Assembly (NCBI RefSeq): GCF_963921235.1
Contig: NC_086108.1
Span: 54,934,001-54,998,000, forward strand
Length of the DNA stretch: 64,000 nucleotides
Reading direction: 5' to 3'
Origin: Mobula hypostoma
Lineage: Eukaryota
The notes under the pieces were generated by a model. The model was not told where the DNA came from, did no database searches, and saw only the letters and a list, made by a program, of their open reading frames with translations. Positions 50,978-64,000 of this stretch are shown piece by piece (within the stretch, counting starts at the first letter, position 1; every line of letters starts with the position of its first letter). Position numbers and translations under genes: made by a program.

Positions 50978-53109
50978 TAATTAATTAGGTGCTGCCCAGC
51001 ATGTAAATGTTGGCCCAGATCAGGTTGCGTCGCCTCTGATCTGGGCCGACATTTACGTGCCAGGCGGCACCTAATTTATTAGCTTGTTTATTTCGGCTTT
51101 TTTTCTTAAATACATGCTGGGTGCATTCCAACTACTGCTGCACCATTGCATTCTTCGCGGCAATGTATCGGTCCGCGGCCCGGAGGTTGGGGACCACTGT
51201 CTTTACCTAATAGTGCTTGTAGTCAGAAACAATCTGGTAGAATGGCAACTCTTTTATAAATGATTCAATAAATAAATGCTGCTTGGAAGGCTGCTTGAAA
51301 ACTCATGGTATTCTGCCTGACAGGCACAGATCTTTAGACTGCAAATATAAATGGGTATATTTTTATGAATAGTGGAAGACTGAATGATGCTGATATTCAG
51401 ATGTCCTTGTGCACAAATCACTAAGTTTACATGCTGGGTCTGCAAACAATTCAGAAGGCAAATAAGATGTAAGAGGATTTGCATATCAGAATTGAGGACT
51501 TCTTGGAGTTATGCAAGACCTTTTTGAGTCTGCACTTGGAATGTTCTATACAGATATTGGGGACTAATTGTACGAGGAGAAATTAAATAGACATTGAATC
51601 TAGATTATTTTGCATTTAGAGTTTCTCATTTAAACACACTGAATTATTAAAGGCATGACAGAATTCTCCTGGCTAGAGCTTGTAGAACCAGGGGCCTCAA
51701 TATCAAAATAAGGGCTTGGCAAGTTGGGACTGGGATAAAAAGAAATTTATTTACACAGTATGTAGTGAAATAGGAATTCTCCGTCAGCCAGTGCTGTCAA
51801 AGGATCAAATGGCCTGTTCTGCTTCTGTTTCTGAAATTCTCAGCGAGCTGATCAAAAGGCAAAGAGAAAGGTATTCTTGTTCACTTAAATTTAATGTTTC
51901 TTTTAACAAATCAATTTTTTTTTTCATTGTAAAATTATTTCAAAGTTTAAAAGCTCCTATCAGGTTTGTTTTGTTTTGGTCAGTACCTCTGCAATCAGCT
52001 TTTCTTCACTGGTCCATGTTGCTGAATTCTAGTGGTGGAAACACAATCTGCTTCAGGCCCAGATGGGTGTAGCACTGCTTCAGGGTGTTCCAGTATGATC
52101 CAGCCTATTAAGTGCACCAAGCAATACGATTGCTAAATGTTTCACATCAGGTATAAACACAGGGCGAGCTTAGTAATATACAATTGCCACAGGTTCCCCC
52201 AAATCATTTACCTCAATGTTCCACTTCCACAGGCAGTCTTTCCCAATATACTTGTGCTGAAAAAAATAATTTTAATTTCAGTATTGAATGCTGTGTCAAT
52301 CAATATTAGTTATGTAATCAACATTGATTTTTAGTTCATTGAAATCCACATGTACCACTGAAGGAACCCGTGATCCCATATCCATTGAGTTTCTAGTTGA
52401 ACCATGTTTCTATGGAGGTATTATTGCTTGCTTGCTTTGCATGATGAATGATGGCCAGGTTCCAAGTTACTTGATTGCTAAAATGCGGGAAGAGTTAGAA
52501 AACAAAACATTTACATCAGTGCTACACACTACATTCAGATTGGTTCTCAGTTGAAGCTCTGCCATTAATAATGGAGAGATAAGGTTCACGTAGTCTCTGA
52601 GATTTACTGCCTACATGTTCATTCGTTATGTGCCTTGTCATATGAAGTGAGTGATCTTGGTCTTTCCATGAACATGACTGGTCTTGGCAAATTAATCTAC
52701 AGAAGTCCCATTGCCTTCTTCTGAGCAGTGTCTTTACAAGATGGGTGACCCTAGCCATTATCAATACTCTTCACAGGTTGTCTACCTGGCATAACCATGA
52801 CTTGTGACATCCACCACCTGCTCCCATGGCTCATATGACCATGATTGAGAGGCTAAGCAAGTGCTACCTCTTGCTCAAGGGTGACCCGTAGGCTAGAGGA
52901 GAGAAGGAACACCTTATACTTTCTTTGATAGACACATACTTCCACTCCGCCATCCAAACTGTCCACTAATATACCATTTAATGCAAAACATAAGATACAT
53001 TATATTACACGGCTTCTTCTGTGAAAATAAAAGTGAAACTGGAAATACATTTGTGTGTCACTTTATACTTGAATTTTGTAAATGCATTTGAAAGGAGAAA
53101 ATTTTATCT

Positions 53110-53725
53110 GAAGGCTAAAGGTAGACAGGGTCATAAAGAAAGCTCGTGGCCTTCATAAGTATTGAGTACAGGAGTTGGAATGTTATGCTGAAGTTGTATA
53201 AGACATTGGTGAGGTCTAATTGGAAGTATTGTGTGCAGTTCTGGTTACCTATCTACAGGAAAGATATCAATAAGTTTGAAAGAGGGTGGAGAAAATCACA
53301 GGGAAAGTTACAGGGAAAGGTTGAACAGATTAGGACCTTATTTCCTAGAGTGTAGGAGAATGAGGGGACTTTTGAGAAAGGTAATCAAATTTATCCAACT
53401 TTGTTATGAAGGTACAGATAGGGTAAATGCAAGCAGGTGTTTCCCACTGAGTTTGGGTGAGACTACACTAGAGGTTGTGGGTGAAAGGTGAAATGTTTAA
53501 GGGGAACTTCTTTTCTCAGAGGATAGTGAGAGTGTGGGACGAGCTGTTGCCCGTGGGTTCTATTTCAACACTTAAGAGAAATTTGGGTAAGTACGCAGAT
53601 GGGAGGGGTATGGAGGGCTATGGTCCGGTTCAGGTCGATGGGTCTAGGCAGATTGATAACTTGGCATAAACTAGATAGGCTGAAAAGCATGTTTCTGTGC
53701 TGTAGTGTTCTATGACTCTGTGACT
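53110..53725 (+). mobile_element. CR1 3' fragment
   Basis: KLYKTLVRSNWKYCVQFW remnant; tail ttctatgactctgtgac. Confidence 0.8.
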
Positions 53726-53777
53726 TTTAACTGAATCCATTAATCTTATTGGTAAAACCATCTGATTTATCTTATTG

Positions 53778-53856
53778 CAGGTGTTCCCAACCTTTTTTAT
53801 ACCGGGGACCCCTACAATTAACCAAGGGGTCCATAGATCCCAGGTTGTTTACCCCG
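53778..53856. mobile_element. 79-bp hAT-type MITE
   Basis: CAGGTGTTCCCAACC...GGTTGTTTACCCCG imperfect TIRs; 8-bp TSD TCTTATTG/TCTTATTT. Confidence 0.7.
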
Positions 53857-54234
53857 TCTTATTTGAAAATGTAATGCACTTCCTACAAAGGAAAGTTTTA
53901 AGAAGTAAGTTCAGAGGGTAACTCACATGACTTAGTAATGACAAAGTAATTTATTGTAATCTCATACTTTATTTCTGAAATAATTGATATTGTTTTGAAC
54001 CTGTGTATTTGGTCAAGTGTGTCAGTGTTGTTCCTCTCCAGCGTATAATAGCGCCTTAGGAAAAGCAATTGCTTACTAAGTGCCACCAACTCACAATTGA
54101 CATATCAGACATGTATAATTTGTTTTAGCTCACTGCACACCACTTCCTCCCTCTGTCCTGAGGGATCTGTGTACTCACTGGAACCTTTGCCATGGATTAA
54201 TTGATTGATTAGAGATGAGGGATCTTAGTGCAAA

Positions 54235-54460
54235 GAATTCACACCGCGGTCTGTAAGGAGCTTGTGCATTCTCCCCGTGACCACGTGGGTTTCCTGTGGC
54301 GTCTCCGGTTTCCTCCCACACTCCATACTGGTTGATAGATTAATTGGTCACTGTAAGTTGTCCCGTGATTAGGCAAGGGTTAAATTGGGGATTGCTGGGT
54401 GGCATGGCTGGAAGGGCCAGGAGGGCCTATCCTGCACTATATCTTGATCAATCAATAAGT
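54235..54460 (+). mobile_element. V-SINE (HE1-like), 5' part eroded
   Basis: V-domain ttctccccgtgaccacgtgggtttcc..tccggtttcctcccaca..ttaattggtcactgtaagttgtcc followed by a CR1-like tail. Confidence 0.7.
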
Positions 54461-54682
54461 AAAACTGGGCAGAGTGCCAGCATGACACTTTTGAAAGGCC
54501 TTATATGCACCATTCATACATTGGAGCCAATACAAGAGGAACGTTCTGGGAACCACTCAGAACAATAACATAGGCAAAGTTATGTTGCAAAAAGGTGAGG
54601 AAACAACTGCTACTGAGTGTTTAAAACTTTTTCTATTCTTATTGTGATAAGGTAGGATTGGTTGGGGAGAAGGTTTGTGTTT

Positions 54683-54955
54683 AAGTTCAAAGTAAATTTA
54701 TTACCAATGAACATATATCATATACAATCCTGAGCATTTTCTTGTGGGCATACTCAATAAATCTATAGATAATAGCTATACAAAATCAATGAAAAACAGC
54801 CCAGCTAGGGTGTTCAACCAGAGTGCAGAAGATAACAAGTTGTGCAAATACGAAAAGAAGAAATAATAATAATAAAAATAAATAAGCAATAAATATTGAG
54901 AACATCAGATGAAGAATCTTTGAAAGTGAGTCCATTGGTTGTGGGAGCAATAACC
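54683..54955 (-). mobile_element. Rex1/Babar-type 3' UTR fragment
   Basis: Near-copy of 1697-1975 (aagttcaaagtaaatttatt...tccattggttgtggga). Confidence 0.75.
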
Positions 54956-55864
54956 CCATCCACCCAGACAAATCTTCAGCATAGTCATAACTCTAAACCT
55001 TAAGATCCCAATAAAGGCAAGTAGTATTGAACTAGGTTAATGAAGGCATGGACCAGATCAAAGTTGCAGAGTCAAGTGACACTTACGCTCCAGTAACAAG
55101 ATCAAGAAACACAAGAGGGATAGTTTTTCCACAGCCTCTGTGTGTGTGTGGGGGGGGGGGAGGGGGGGCAGGGAAGGGTGGGGTTGGGCCAGTGTTTGTG
55201 GGGAAGTAGGGGTTAGAGTTGAGGATAAGGGTAGGGTTGGGGAATGGAAGTGAGAGGCCAGAGGAGAAAGGGGTGTGGAGTTTAGGGTTAGCGGCAGGGT
55301 TGGAAGATGGAGATTAGAGCCTGGCGGGGAGAGAGCTCAGGTTTGGGGGTGTGTAAGCAAGGATTTGTGGTAGTGTGTGGTCTAGGGTTTGTAGGAATGT
55401 GTGGGCCAGGGTTGTGGGGGTGTCTGGGCCAGGTTTTGTGGGAACAATCCTATTGTCAGAGCTCTAATTTTATAGGTACAATCAGTATTTAAAGGCCTAG
55501 TTATTAGGCTTAGTTTTGACCAGTTGAAGAGTAGGTATTGTTTTTCTGCATAGTTATTAGATTTCATTTCAAAGAAGACATAGCTTCCCTACTTTGTGTC
55601 GTTTTTTTGTGATCTCTTTTGTAACTGGGTGCGTGGGGGGTGGTGGAAGGAGGGTAGTTTTCCCAGCATTACATTAACGGAGAATAGTCCTGCTCCCTTT
55701 GGGGAGTAGGTTTTGTTTTTTGGTCTAGTTCTTAGGCTTCATTAAAAAGAAGACATAACTTCCCCACTTTGTGTAGTTTTCGGTGATCCCTTTTGTATCT
55801 GGGTGTGGCGGTGTATTGACTGTCCTGAATAATTTCAACTTTTTGTTCTCTCCTTTCATTGCAG

Positions 55865-56146
55865 GAGCATCTGTTTTAGTTAACGCACATGATCCAGAAA
55901 AAGCCTTTGAGATTCCACCATGGAATTTTACGATGTTTTGCACACTGCAGAAGCACGGAGCTACTGAAAAACACAGAAGCTGGCAGACCCAGTTGTACAG
56001 GAATTCAAGCTGTCTCCATTCTTCGCTTAGTGAGTATATGCGAATTGCAAATACATCACGTTCAACGGACCAAGATGGCTTTAGCTGCTGTCTCTGGAAA
56101 GAGGCTGATGCGCATTGCCCTGCACAGTTCATCAAACAAGAGAAAA
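55865..56146 (+). CDS. lepr: Leptin receptor, second coding exon (N-terminal extracellular domain)
   Basis: Acceptor ttctctcctttcattgcAG, donor A|GTAAGA, 282 nt, phase 1-1. Translation ASVLVNAHDPEKAFEIPPWNFTMFC...DGFSCCLWKEADAHCP resembles human LEPR ITPWRFKLSC...FHCCFRSEQDRNCS (recalled sequence). Confidence 0.85.
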
Positions 56147-58224
56147 GTAAGAATCTATTTTCATCGGTTGCGTTGTGTTTGTAAGTGGTTTTTTTTATTT
56201 TAAAAGAACCTTAAAAATCCACAGCTTGTGTAAACATATTGAAGGAAATCCATGTATAAAAGTCACTGAGGATTAAGTCCAAATGTGGTAAAACTAACTG
56301 ATAACAGATGTGTTTAGCCATGGAATTATAATTTGCTTGATGGTAACATTGTTAACTGGTGGATTTTGTAAAAGAATTGGCAAATTCTAGCAGAACTCTG
56401 TTGAAATGGAGATCTGTTTGCAAAGGATTGATTTAACACAAAAAGCTTTTATTTATTATTCACTTGAATAATGGATCAGCCCTTTTACTTTTTGAACGTA
56501 ATCCAGCCCACAGAGGTCTATAGGAAAGTTCTGATCTCTGGCACTGCAAGTGACCTTTCTCAAATTAAAATCTGGTGGCCATAAACTCAAAGGATAAAAT
56601 TGGCACGAGTAGGTATAGATTGGCACCAAGCTCTAACTTTTGCTTGGACAGCTGAATTCCTGTAGACACAACAGGAACTTGGTGGGGGTGGGGAGAAATT
56701 GCCAGGACAAAAATATTAGCATTGCAGTTTATTCAAATTGTGTTAATCTGATTGGCAAGGTCCTTAGTGTGACTAGAATGGCGTGTCCAACATCAAATAT
56801 GCTCCATTGTCTAGTCTTAACACCTCTAGCCGAAATTAAAATTTTAAAATGTAATCTTATATCTTTTAAAAAATTAGTTTACTTAAGAGTCTTATTTATA
56901 AATCTGAGATCAATTGCAAAATTGTTCCACAGGCCATTTCCTGGTTTTGACGGCCCAATTTATGGATACTTGTACCTATGAATGACCTCCAAAATGCTGT
57001 TAAATTCAGATGTCCACACACACTGTACATATATCTGATCCTCTGGATGTCAGACTCATTTCCTCTTTCTCTCCACGTTTAGCATATGTTCTCTCTTATT
57101 GTTGTTCTCTGATTTTGATAATTATTCTACTCAAAACTGCAGAATATGGTTACCACATTGAGAGATTTTTGTGTATTTTATGGCTTATGGACAAAATTGA
57201 CATGGACATCTGTAAAAACGGATCCTGTTCTTTACCCCTGGGATGCTTTGTATTAGTCAGACTGGGAAGTTCAGAAGAAGTCAGTTCACATCTGGCAACA
57301 TGGTGGTCTTCAGCAAACAAGGAAGATAGAGGTGAGGGTCTTGGGGAGAAGGTACCTCGTGGCTGGGAAGGGTGGGAAGATAGTGGCCAGGTTTGTAGGA
57401 TTGGGTGTTTGGCCATGAAGGATGGTGTGTGTGGAGAGTGATAGTGAAGCAGGTCATCTAGAGGAGTGACACTCACTGGGAGTATAATGAACTGTTAGAA
57501 ATGGTGGTGGTGCTTGGAATGTGTGGAAATTTGTGTTCATTGACAGAATGGGTGCGGCAAGATGCAGGACGAATATTCTCAGAAGGAAAACTTGTTAAGG
57601 TTGAGTGTGCAGGATAGGTAATAGGATTTAAGAACTCAGTAGGGGATTGGTGTCCGGCAGCACCCTGAATTTGCCCTTCATGGGTTTTGTTCTGCTCTTG
57701 GGCAGGTACAGCTGATCAGAATTTGTGCATGTGTCTTTAAGGCCCTCCCTTTAGGTAGCACACAGACCTTGGCAAAAGCCAGGCTTGCCATGAAGGCATC
57801 AACCTGGTTTCTGGCTTCTGATTTTGACATGTAGGCAGAACCTGTGTCAGGCATAGGGCATAGAGCAGTAACAAGCCCATCTAATTAAACTAATTCCTTT
57901 TGCCTACACATAGTCTGTATTTGTTCATTCTCTGCCTGTTCATGTGTCTGTTTTAGAATCTTTTCACCAACACACCTAGCCTCACGTTCCACTTCTGAAT
58001 CAAATGAGTATGTTTCCTCACTGCTTTAAAGGAGCATTGGAGGTTATTGTTTAACTACAGATTATGAGGTATGTGTGGATTTAACTTTCCTCCAATGTTC
58101 TCAAAGTTTATTTGATCTACTGGGATACAGTAGGATATCTGAGAGCACTCCACAAAATTTAAACACGTATGAAATTGTTGATTCACCAGTCACCAAAGTA
58201 ACTGACCAATTCTCACAGATATCA

Positions 58225-59229
58225 TGACTTCACCCCAGCTTCCTGCCACCCTAACAGAGATAGAGTTCCTCTTGTCTCTATCTTCCTTCCACATGAGCCT
58301 GTGAATCGTGCTCTTCATTGTCTGTGACTTCTGCCATCTTCAACAAGATCCTACCACCAAAAAATGTTTAGCTCCCTCCCCCAACTCTCTAGTTTTCATA
58401 GGGATCGCTCTCTCCATGTTCACCTTGTATATTTGTCCCTCCCCACTACTCTGCTTCCTGGCACTTACCCCTGCAAGTGAAAGAAGTGCTATACCTGTAT
58501 CTATCCGTTCACCTCCTCCCTCCTCCATTCAGGGCCCCAAACAGTCCTTCCAGGTGAGGCAACACTTCAGTTGCAAATCTGTTGGGGTTGTGTATGGTAT
58601 TGAGTGCGTTCGGTGTGGCCTGCTCGACATTGGTGAGACCCAATGTAGATTGGGGGACCGCTTCATCGAGCACCTTCGATCCATCTGCAACAAGCAGGAT
58701 TTGCCGATGGCTAATCATTTTAATTCCAGTCCCCACTCCCATTCCAACATGGCGGTTCATGGCTTCCTCTACTGCTCTGATGAGGCAACTGTCTGGTTGG
58801 AAGAGCAACACCTCATATTCCATATGGGTAGCCTCCAACCTGATGGCATGGGTATTGATTTCTCTAACTTCTGGTAAGTTTTCCCTTTCCTCTTCCATTC
58901 CCTACTCTGGCTCCCCTGTTTTCTCTTTTCTTCTCATCTGCCTATCACCCACCCCCCCCTCCCAGCTGCTCCTCCTCCTTCCTCTTCTCCCATGGACCAC
59001 TCTTCTCACCTCCAGTCCTTTACCTTTTCCACCTATCACCTCACAGCTTTTCACTTCATTCCCCTCCCTCACCCACCAGGCTTCACCTATTACCTTTGAT
59101 CTTGCACTCCTTCCACTCTTCTCACCTTTTTATTCTGGCTGCTTCCCCGTTCCTTTCCAGTTCCCGGCCTGATACATGGACTGTTTATTCCTCTCCATGG
59201 AGGCTGCCTGGCCTGCTGAGTTGCTCCAG

Positions 59230-59260
<31 letters not shown>

Positions 59261-59262
59261 TG
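58225..59262 (+). mobile_element. Penelope-like element 3' part with open GIY-YIG domain
   Basis: ORF 58308-58877: VVYGIEC..CGLLDIGET..RLGDRFIEHL..GSLQPDGMGIDFSNF. Terminal repeat has the hammerhead core deleted and ends in (TG)n. Confidence 0.85.
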
Positions 59263-60375
59263 CTAAAGAAACTTTTCCTTGACGCAGGAGTTAAGTTTGA
59301 ATTTTACCTTCATCTAAAGATGTTAGTGCTGGATAAAGCAACATTTTAATTTTAGATGTGCAATGCCACTTTCAAGTTGCAGTAAATGCTTTGAGCTGCA
59401 GAGGAATAAATTTTTTTCTTCGACAGCCTCCAAATGTTGTAACACTGATCACTTCTTTTCCAGACTTTGTACCTTTCTGACCAATTTCCACTTCTGCACC
59501 CTGCATTGGAAATTTGGTCACACACTGATTTTTAATGAACTTGTAAAGTGTGCTTTTTGGCATTGAGTTTGGCTTTAAGGCCCTTGTTTTGAATGTTAAA
59601 TATTTTTAAATTCACAGTAAAGTGTGAGTTGCCAGTGGGTACCTTTACCTGGACCTCTTAGCCAATGAACAGACATTTGGTATGACATAGAGAGGCACAA
59701 AACACTGCAGATTTCAGAATCCAGAGCAACAAGTAATCTGTGGAGGAACTTAGCAGGTCACACAGTGTCTGGTAGGGTGTGAGGAAGCTGGTAAGGAGGA
59801 ATTCTCGAAGTTTCAGGTCAATACTCTGCATCATTTGCGCAAGCATGTTATGATTTGGCTTGTACGTGCAGTAAAAGAGTTTTGAGATATAGATTAAATG
59901 TGCATAACCATTTCTTGAAAATATGCTGAAAATCAAAAATTGGAGAAATTCTAGTTGATGTATTTTATTGTCTGATTATCTGGGAAGGCAGTGCATTGAA
60001 ATTATAGACTCCTTACTGCAAACAGAAGATATAGTATTGCAAAGAGGTAGGATGATACTTTGTCCTTAATACATGTCCAAGTTACAGATTTTGTCATTAT
60101 AGTTTAATCCTTTTAGCGTTGGCATCATTCTGATGTATCTGCACTGCAGGACTTAGGCACTGAGGAAATGCTCCAGTAGGGTGGGTGGCATGCCTGGAGG
60201 AAGAAATCAAGCTTGTTTCAGGTTAGTAATCTTTAATGAGAAAAGTAAGCAAGAAAGCCAGCTTTAAGTTCCAGAAACAGGAGGGATGAAATCGGGTGGA
60301 AAGCAGGAGAGAGTGAGTGATAAAAAAATGAGGAAGTGGTAATGGAATAACAGTTGGGAAAAGATGGATCTAATG

Positions 60376-60850
60376 GATGTGGACCTTCCAAGAGGAGCAC
60401 AACCTTGTTGTGGCTTGGAGGCACGTGTGCCTCAATGACCCAGGGACTTCTGTTGTCTGGAGTCAGAGATTTGTGGTTAGGCTGTCGGTAGGGTCACCAA
60501 TGCCAAACAGGTCAAAGGATAGAAGCCAGACTAGGAATGGTCTACCGGTCCTCCAGGTTTGGGTATTGAAGACGAGGCTAGCAACCCTGACTGGTAAAAC
60601 AAAATTGCTACGGAAACAGCAATGGAGAATTCTTCTCCGTCTGTGTGTGACAGTACTCCTGAATCTCCACCCAGAACTTGCATGACTGTGAGTAGTGAAA
60701 ACTGAGCCACTGACATGATGAAGAAAGCCCTGAACACCACCAGAGATGGAGGACCTTCATTACTGTCCAAAATGCTAGTGGTGTTACGGAGAGTAGAGAG
60801 AGACTGGATGTGAATAAAATCTGAAATGAGGAAAGAAGTTGCTGGAAATA
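60376..60850 (+). mobile_element. Probable RTE-clade-derived non-autonomous element (5'-UTR-like)
   Basis: aaccttgttgtggcttggaggcacgtgtgcctcaatga..ggtagggtcacc resembles recalled RTE/Expander 5' ends; no ORF. Confidence 0.4.
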
Positions 60851-62128
60851 TGGGGACATGAGAGACTGCAGATTCTGGAAGCGAGAGCAATAAATAAACT
60901 GCTGGAAAAACAGCAGATCGGGCAGCATCTGTGAAGCAAAATGAGCAGTCTACATCCTTCATCTGGACTGATTCAGAGTTCTGATGAAGATCATAAGACA
61001 TAGGAGCAGAAATAGGCTATTCTCCTCATCTCTGTTCTGGACATCCCTCAATTCTGAAACAAATAGTGAAAACTGACACAAAATACTTATTAAGTTCATC
61101 CACCATTTCTTTGTCCCAGTGGTCTGATTTCCACTCTTGTCTCTCTTTTACTTTTTTTTTATGAAGGGACCTGACCTGAAATATTGACTGTCCATTTTGC
61201 TCCATGAATGCTGCCTGATCCACTGAGTTGCACAAGCACTTTGCTTGTTGATGGAAAAATGACCTGTAACATCTAGTTGTCAGTTTTGCTGTTAGCTGTG
61301 GCCAGATTCAATTGGAGCAGAGCATTGTGCAGGTGTACTATATGTCTTTCAGTCTCAGTAGCCAACTTTCCATTAGCTTTTTTTTGATCTCCTTACAGTT
61401 ATTTATGTGCTTGAGCTTCTCAAGGAAGAATTCTTCAAAATTAAGAATGTAGGATCTCAATACTATTTAAGGGAATGAGAAAAAAAACAGAAGGTAACCA
61501 TTTCACTTTGGCTGTGTTGCAGTTTGGCAAAAGTATGATGCAAATTATTTGTCCAAAAGAACTGACTATTTTTTGGTAGTAACTTGGTTGGAAAGTTGCC
61601 ACTGTATTAACTTATTAGGAATGAGAAAATGTCTTGTTTTTAATCAGTTTTGCAAACATTTAAGGACTAGGCAATGCATGCTTTTATGATCATTGCTGAA
61701 TTTCCAGAAATGCCGTGCACTTTAGATGTTAGTATCTTATTTAGGTTTGTGGGTGAAATTAAGGTGATTGATGAAAAGTCATAAAGGAACTGTTGATGAG
61801 AGGAAGATATTGCACCATCTGATAATACTTAAGTACACTGGATTGATCTGCAAGCTCAGTGGAACAAAGCTTCAATCACCTGAAAACAGTGGGGCATGAT
61901 TTCTAATGTACTCTTGGTCCAAGACTTGTTCCACTTGTGAATTGCTGTTACTACAAATAAATTCACAATATTGTAAAGGACAGAATCTTCAAAGGCAAGA
62001 GTTATCTCATCATCTGATAGTTGTTCCAGAATATAAAATATTGAATATAGTTCCAAATACTGTATTTGACATAAAGCACAATAAGCAGTATTGCTACAAT
62101 TTAGTAAAATTCACTAAAAACTCATTCG

Positions 62129-62582
62129 AAGTTCAAAGTAAAATTTATCATCAGAGTACATACATGTCACCATATACAACCCTGATATTCTTTTTCCTGT
62201 GGCATACTCAGCAAATCTATAGAATAGTAACTGTAAACTGGATCTATGAAATAGCAAGAGCATAGACAACAACAAACTGTTGAAGTGCAACTACTAATAA
62301 AATAACAATAAATAACCAGAATATGAAATAACAAGGTAAAGAATCCTTAAAGTGAGATCATTGGTTGTGGGAACACGGCAACAGATGAGTGTAATTATCC
62401 TCTTTTGTTCAAGAGCCTGATGGGTGAGGGGTAGTAACTGTTCTTGAACCTGGTGGTGCAAGTCCTGAGGACCTTCTACCTGATGGCAGCAGCAGGAAAT
62501 GAGTATGGCCTGAGTGGAGATGCTGCTTTCCTACGACAGTGTTTCATGTAGATGTGCTCAGTGTTTGGGAGGGATTTACCCA
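62129..62582 (-). mobile_element. Rex1/Babar-type 3' fragment
   Basis: Homologous to 1697-2370. Confidence 0.75.
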
Positions 62583-64000
62583 TTTCACCAACAACCATGA
62601 AAACACCTGAATGTATGACTGACTGGTTCCATCAGCACTGTTTTATCACTTTTATGTTGTGAACATGTTCCAGGGTTGTAATTATTTTAATACCAAATGA
62701 AATGGTTTATTAGCTTCATTGTAGTAATTATGAACACTGTTTCCTCTAAACTCGGCAGTTGTGTAGCCGTGCAGTAACTGAAATAGCCTTTGTTGCCGTA
62801 TAGCTGGAATTGTCTCTTATATAATGTTAATATAATTTTGAAATCTGTTATTTATTTGTGAACTACCTTATAATTAATTATGTGTTAGTGAATCCATAAA
62901 TTTTCTAAATAATAAATGTACCACAACTTTTACTTTGAAATATTTTAGAGCTTCAACGTATTTCAAATTATCGCACTGTTACAAATTGTAACAATAAACA
63001 CAGAATGGAAGTCAGTAGCTCATTGTTAATTAACTCCCAACCAGCTGAATGCCATTGCTATAATATGCCCATTACAAAAAAAGCATTTAAGGTGCTGCAC
63101 ACTTTTCAGGCTGTGTAAAAAATTTCCTGTTCAGAGTAATGGTTGGTCTGTGTAGCCGCGAAAAAAAATTAGAAGGAATGTTGATTATGAATTACAATTC
63201 CCTATAAAAATCAGAAAGTTTGTTGGAAATTACAACTTATCCCAAACTAGTTGATCAGTTGATAGCTATAGATGGCACTATTGCAACGTTGTAATTGTTT
63301 CTTAGCTACTCAGTGTAACTTGATAATTTAATGCTGGCAATTTTTTAATTCATCTAGAATGATCTTAGGCAGCAAGAATGTAATTTACTAACATTGAATT
63401 TTGGAACATTTGCTGAAATTTGCTTAAATTCTTATTAATTGAAACAAATGAATGATAAAGTCATACAATAAAAGTAATTGAAAAATACTTGTTTAAAATT
63501 AAAGAAGATGTAAAATTGGGTAAATGTTACAAGATTTAATTATCAAAAAGTAATTTAAATATTTGGAGCTGTAATTTTAAGATTGGAATATGATGTAGTT
63601 GCACTTTTAAATGCATTCATTGTCCTTCTCTCTGAACCTTTGGTTGTGTCACAACAGCTGTTACATTTTAACCTGGTTTAACAACCACCACCCCATCCAT
63701 TCCATTACTTACACTATGTTTAAAGAAATATTTCTTAACATGAGCCATTAATTTCAGTATTGCTGGTATGTTCTATATGATTTTTTTCTTGTAGTATAAT
63801 ATTTTAATACATTTCTAAATTTAAGTTTCTGATGAGTCTCCTAAGGTTATTTTTATTTGTCTGTTGTTAAATTTGAAGTGCTGGTTAACACTGACATTTG
63901 CTTCAGGACTGAAGTTGATGTGTTGTGGTATGATGGTAATGGTGGTAATTATGGAACACAAAGTAATACAGTTTAATCCATAGTATCTGCTTCGCTACAG

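Larger units (their letters stand above)
50373..51199. mobile_element. Palindromic hAT-type MITE interrupted by a Penelope fragment
   Basis: TIR CAGTGGTCCCCAACCTCCGGGCCG; 8-bp TSD TCTTTAGC/TCTTTACC; arms complementary to the centre (~51030). Confidence 0.88.

Noticed and set aside
56181..56186. GTAAGT as the donor of the lepr exon
   Set aside because: Would give phase 2; the donor at 56147 gives the expected phase 1.
57010..57830. 143-aa and 108-aa ORFs
   Set aside because: No recognisable domain or splice support; probably decayed repeat.
59356..59480. Possible next lepr exon (NVQCHFQVAVNALSC, phase 1, C-x10-C spacing)
   Set aside because: Lacks the conserved CW/GD residues, has no convincing donor, and hits a stop; likely coincidence.
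63846..63930. NLKCWL...LKLMC resembling LEPR NIQCWL..LKLFIC
   Set aside because: The nearest AG is out of phase and the cysteine spacing is wrong.

Overview
Eukaryotic, repeat-dense vertebrate DNA. The repeat repertoire (HE1-like V-SINE, CR1, Rex1/Babar, Penelope with hammerhead repeats) points to a cartilaginous fish, probably a ray; this is inference. The host locus is the 5' end of the leptin receptor gene (lepr, + strand): a CpG-rich promoter/first-exon candidate (~26.45-27.45 kb), a 40-nt signal-peptide coding exon (40303-40342) and the 282-nt next exon (55865-56146). The rest is nested mobile DNA: a near-full-length CR1 inside an older CR1; a defective class I (gamma/epsilon-like) endogenous retrovirus with env and a tRNA-Ser(UGA) PBS, antisense in the putative first intron; a CsRN1-clade Gypsy element; several solo LTRs, including an inverted pair; hAT and Tc1 MITEs; and many Penelope fragments. 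The most interesting signals are minimal hammerhead ribozymes (one in a tiny TSD-flanked foldback element, one sense in a lepr intron), a strong-Kozak uORF that would stop 3 nt before the lepr ATG, and tandem tRNA T-arm/B-box mimics in the ERV leader. All coordinates were read by eye; no searches were run.
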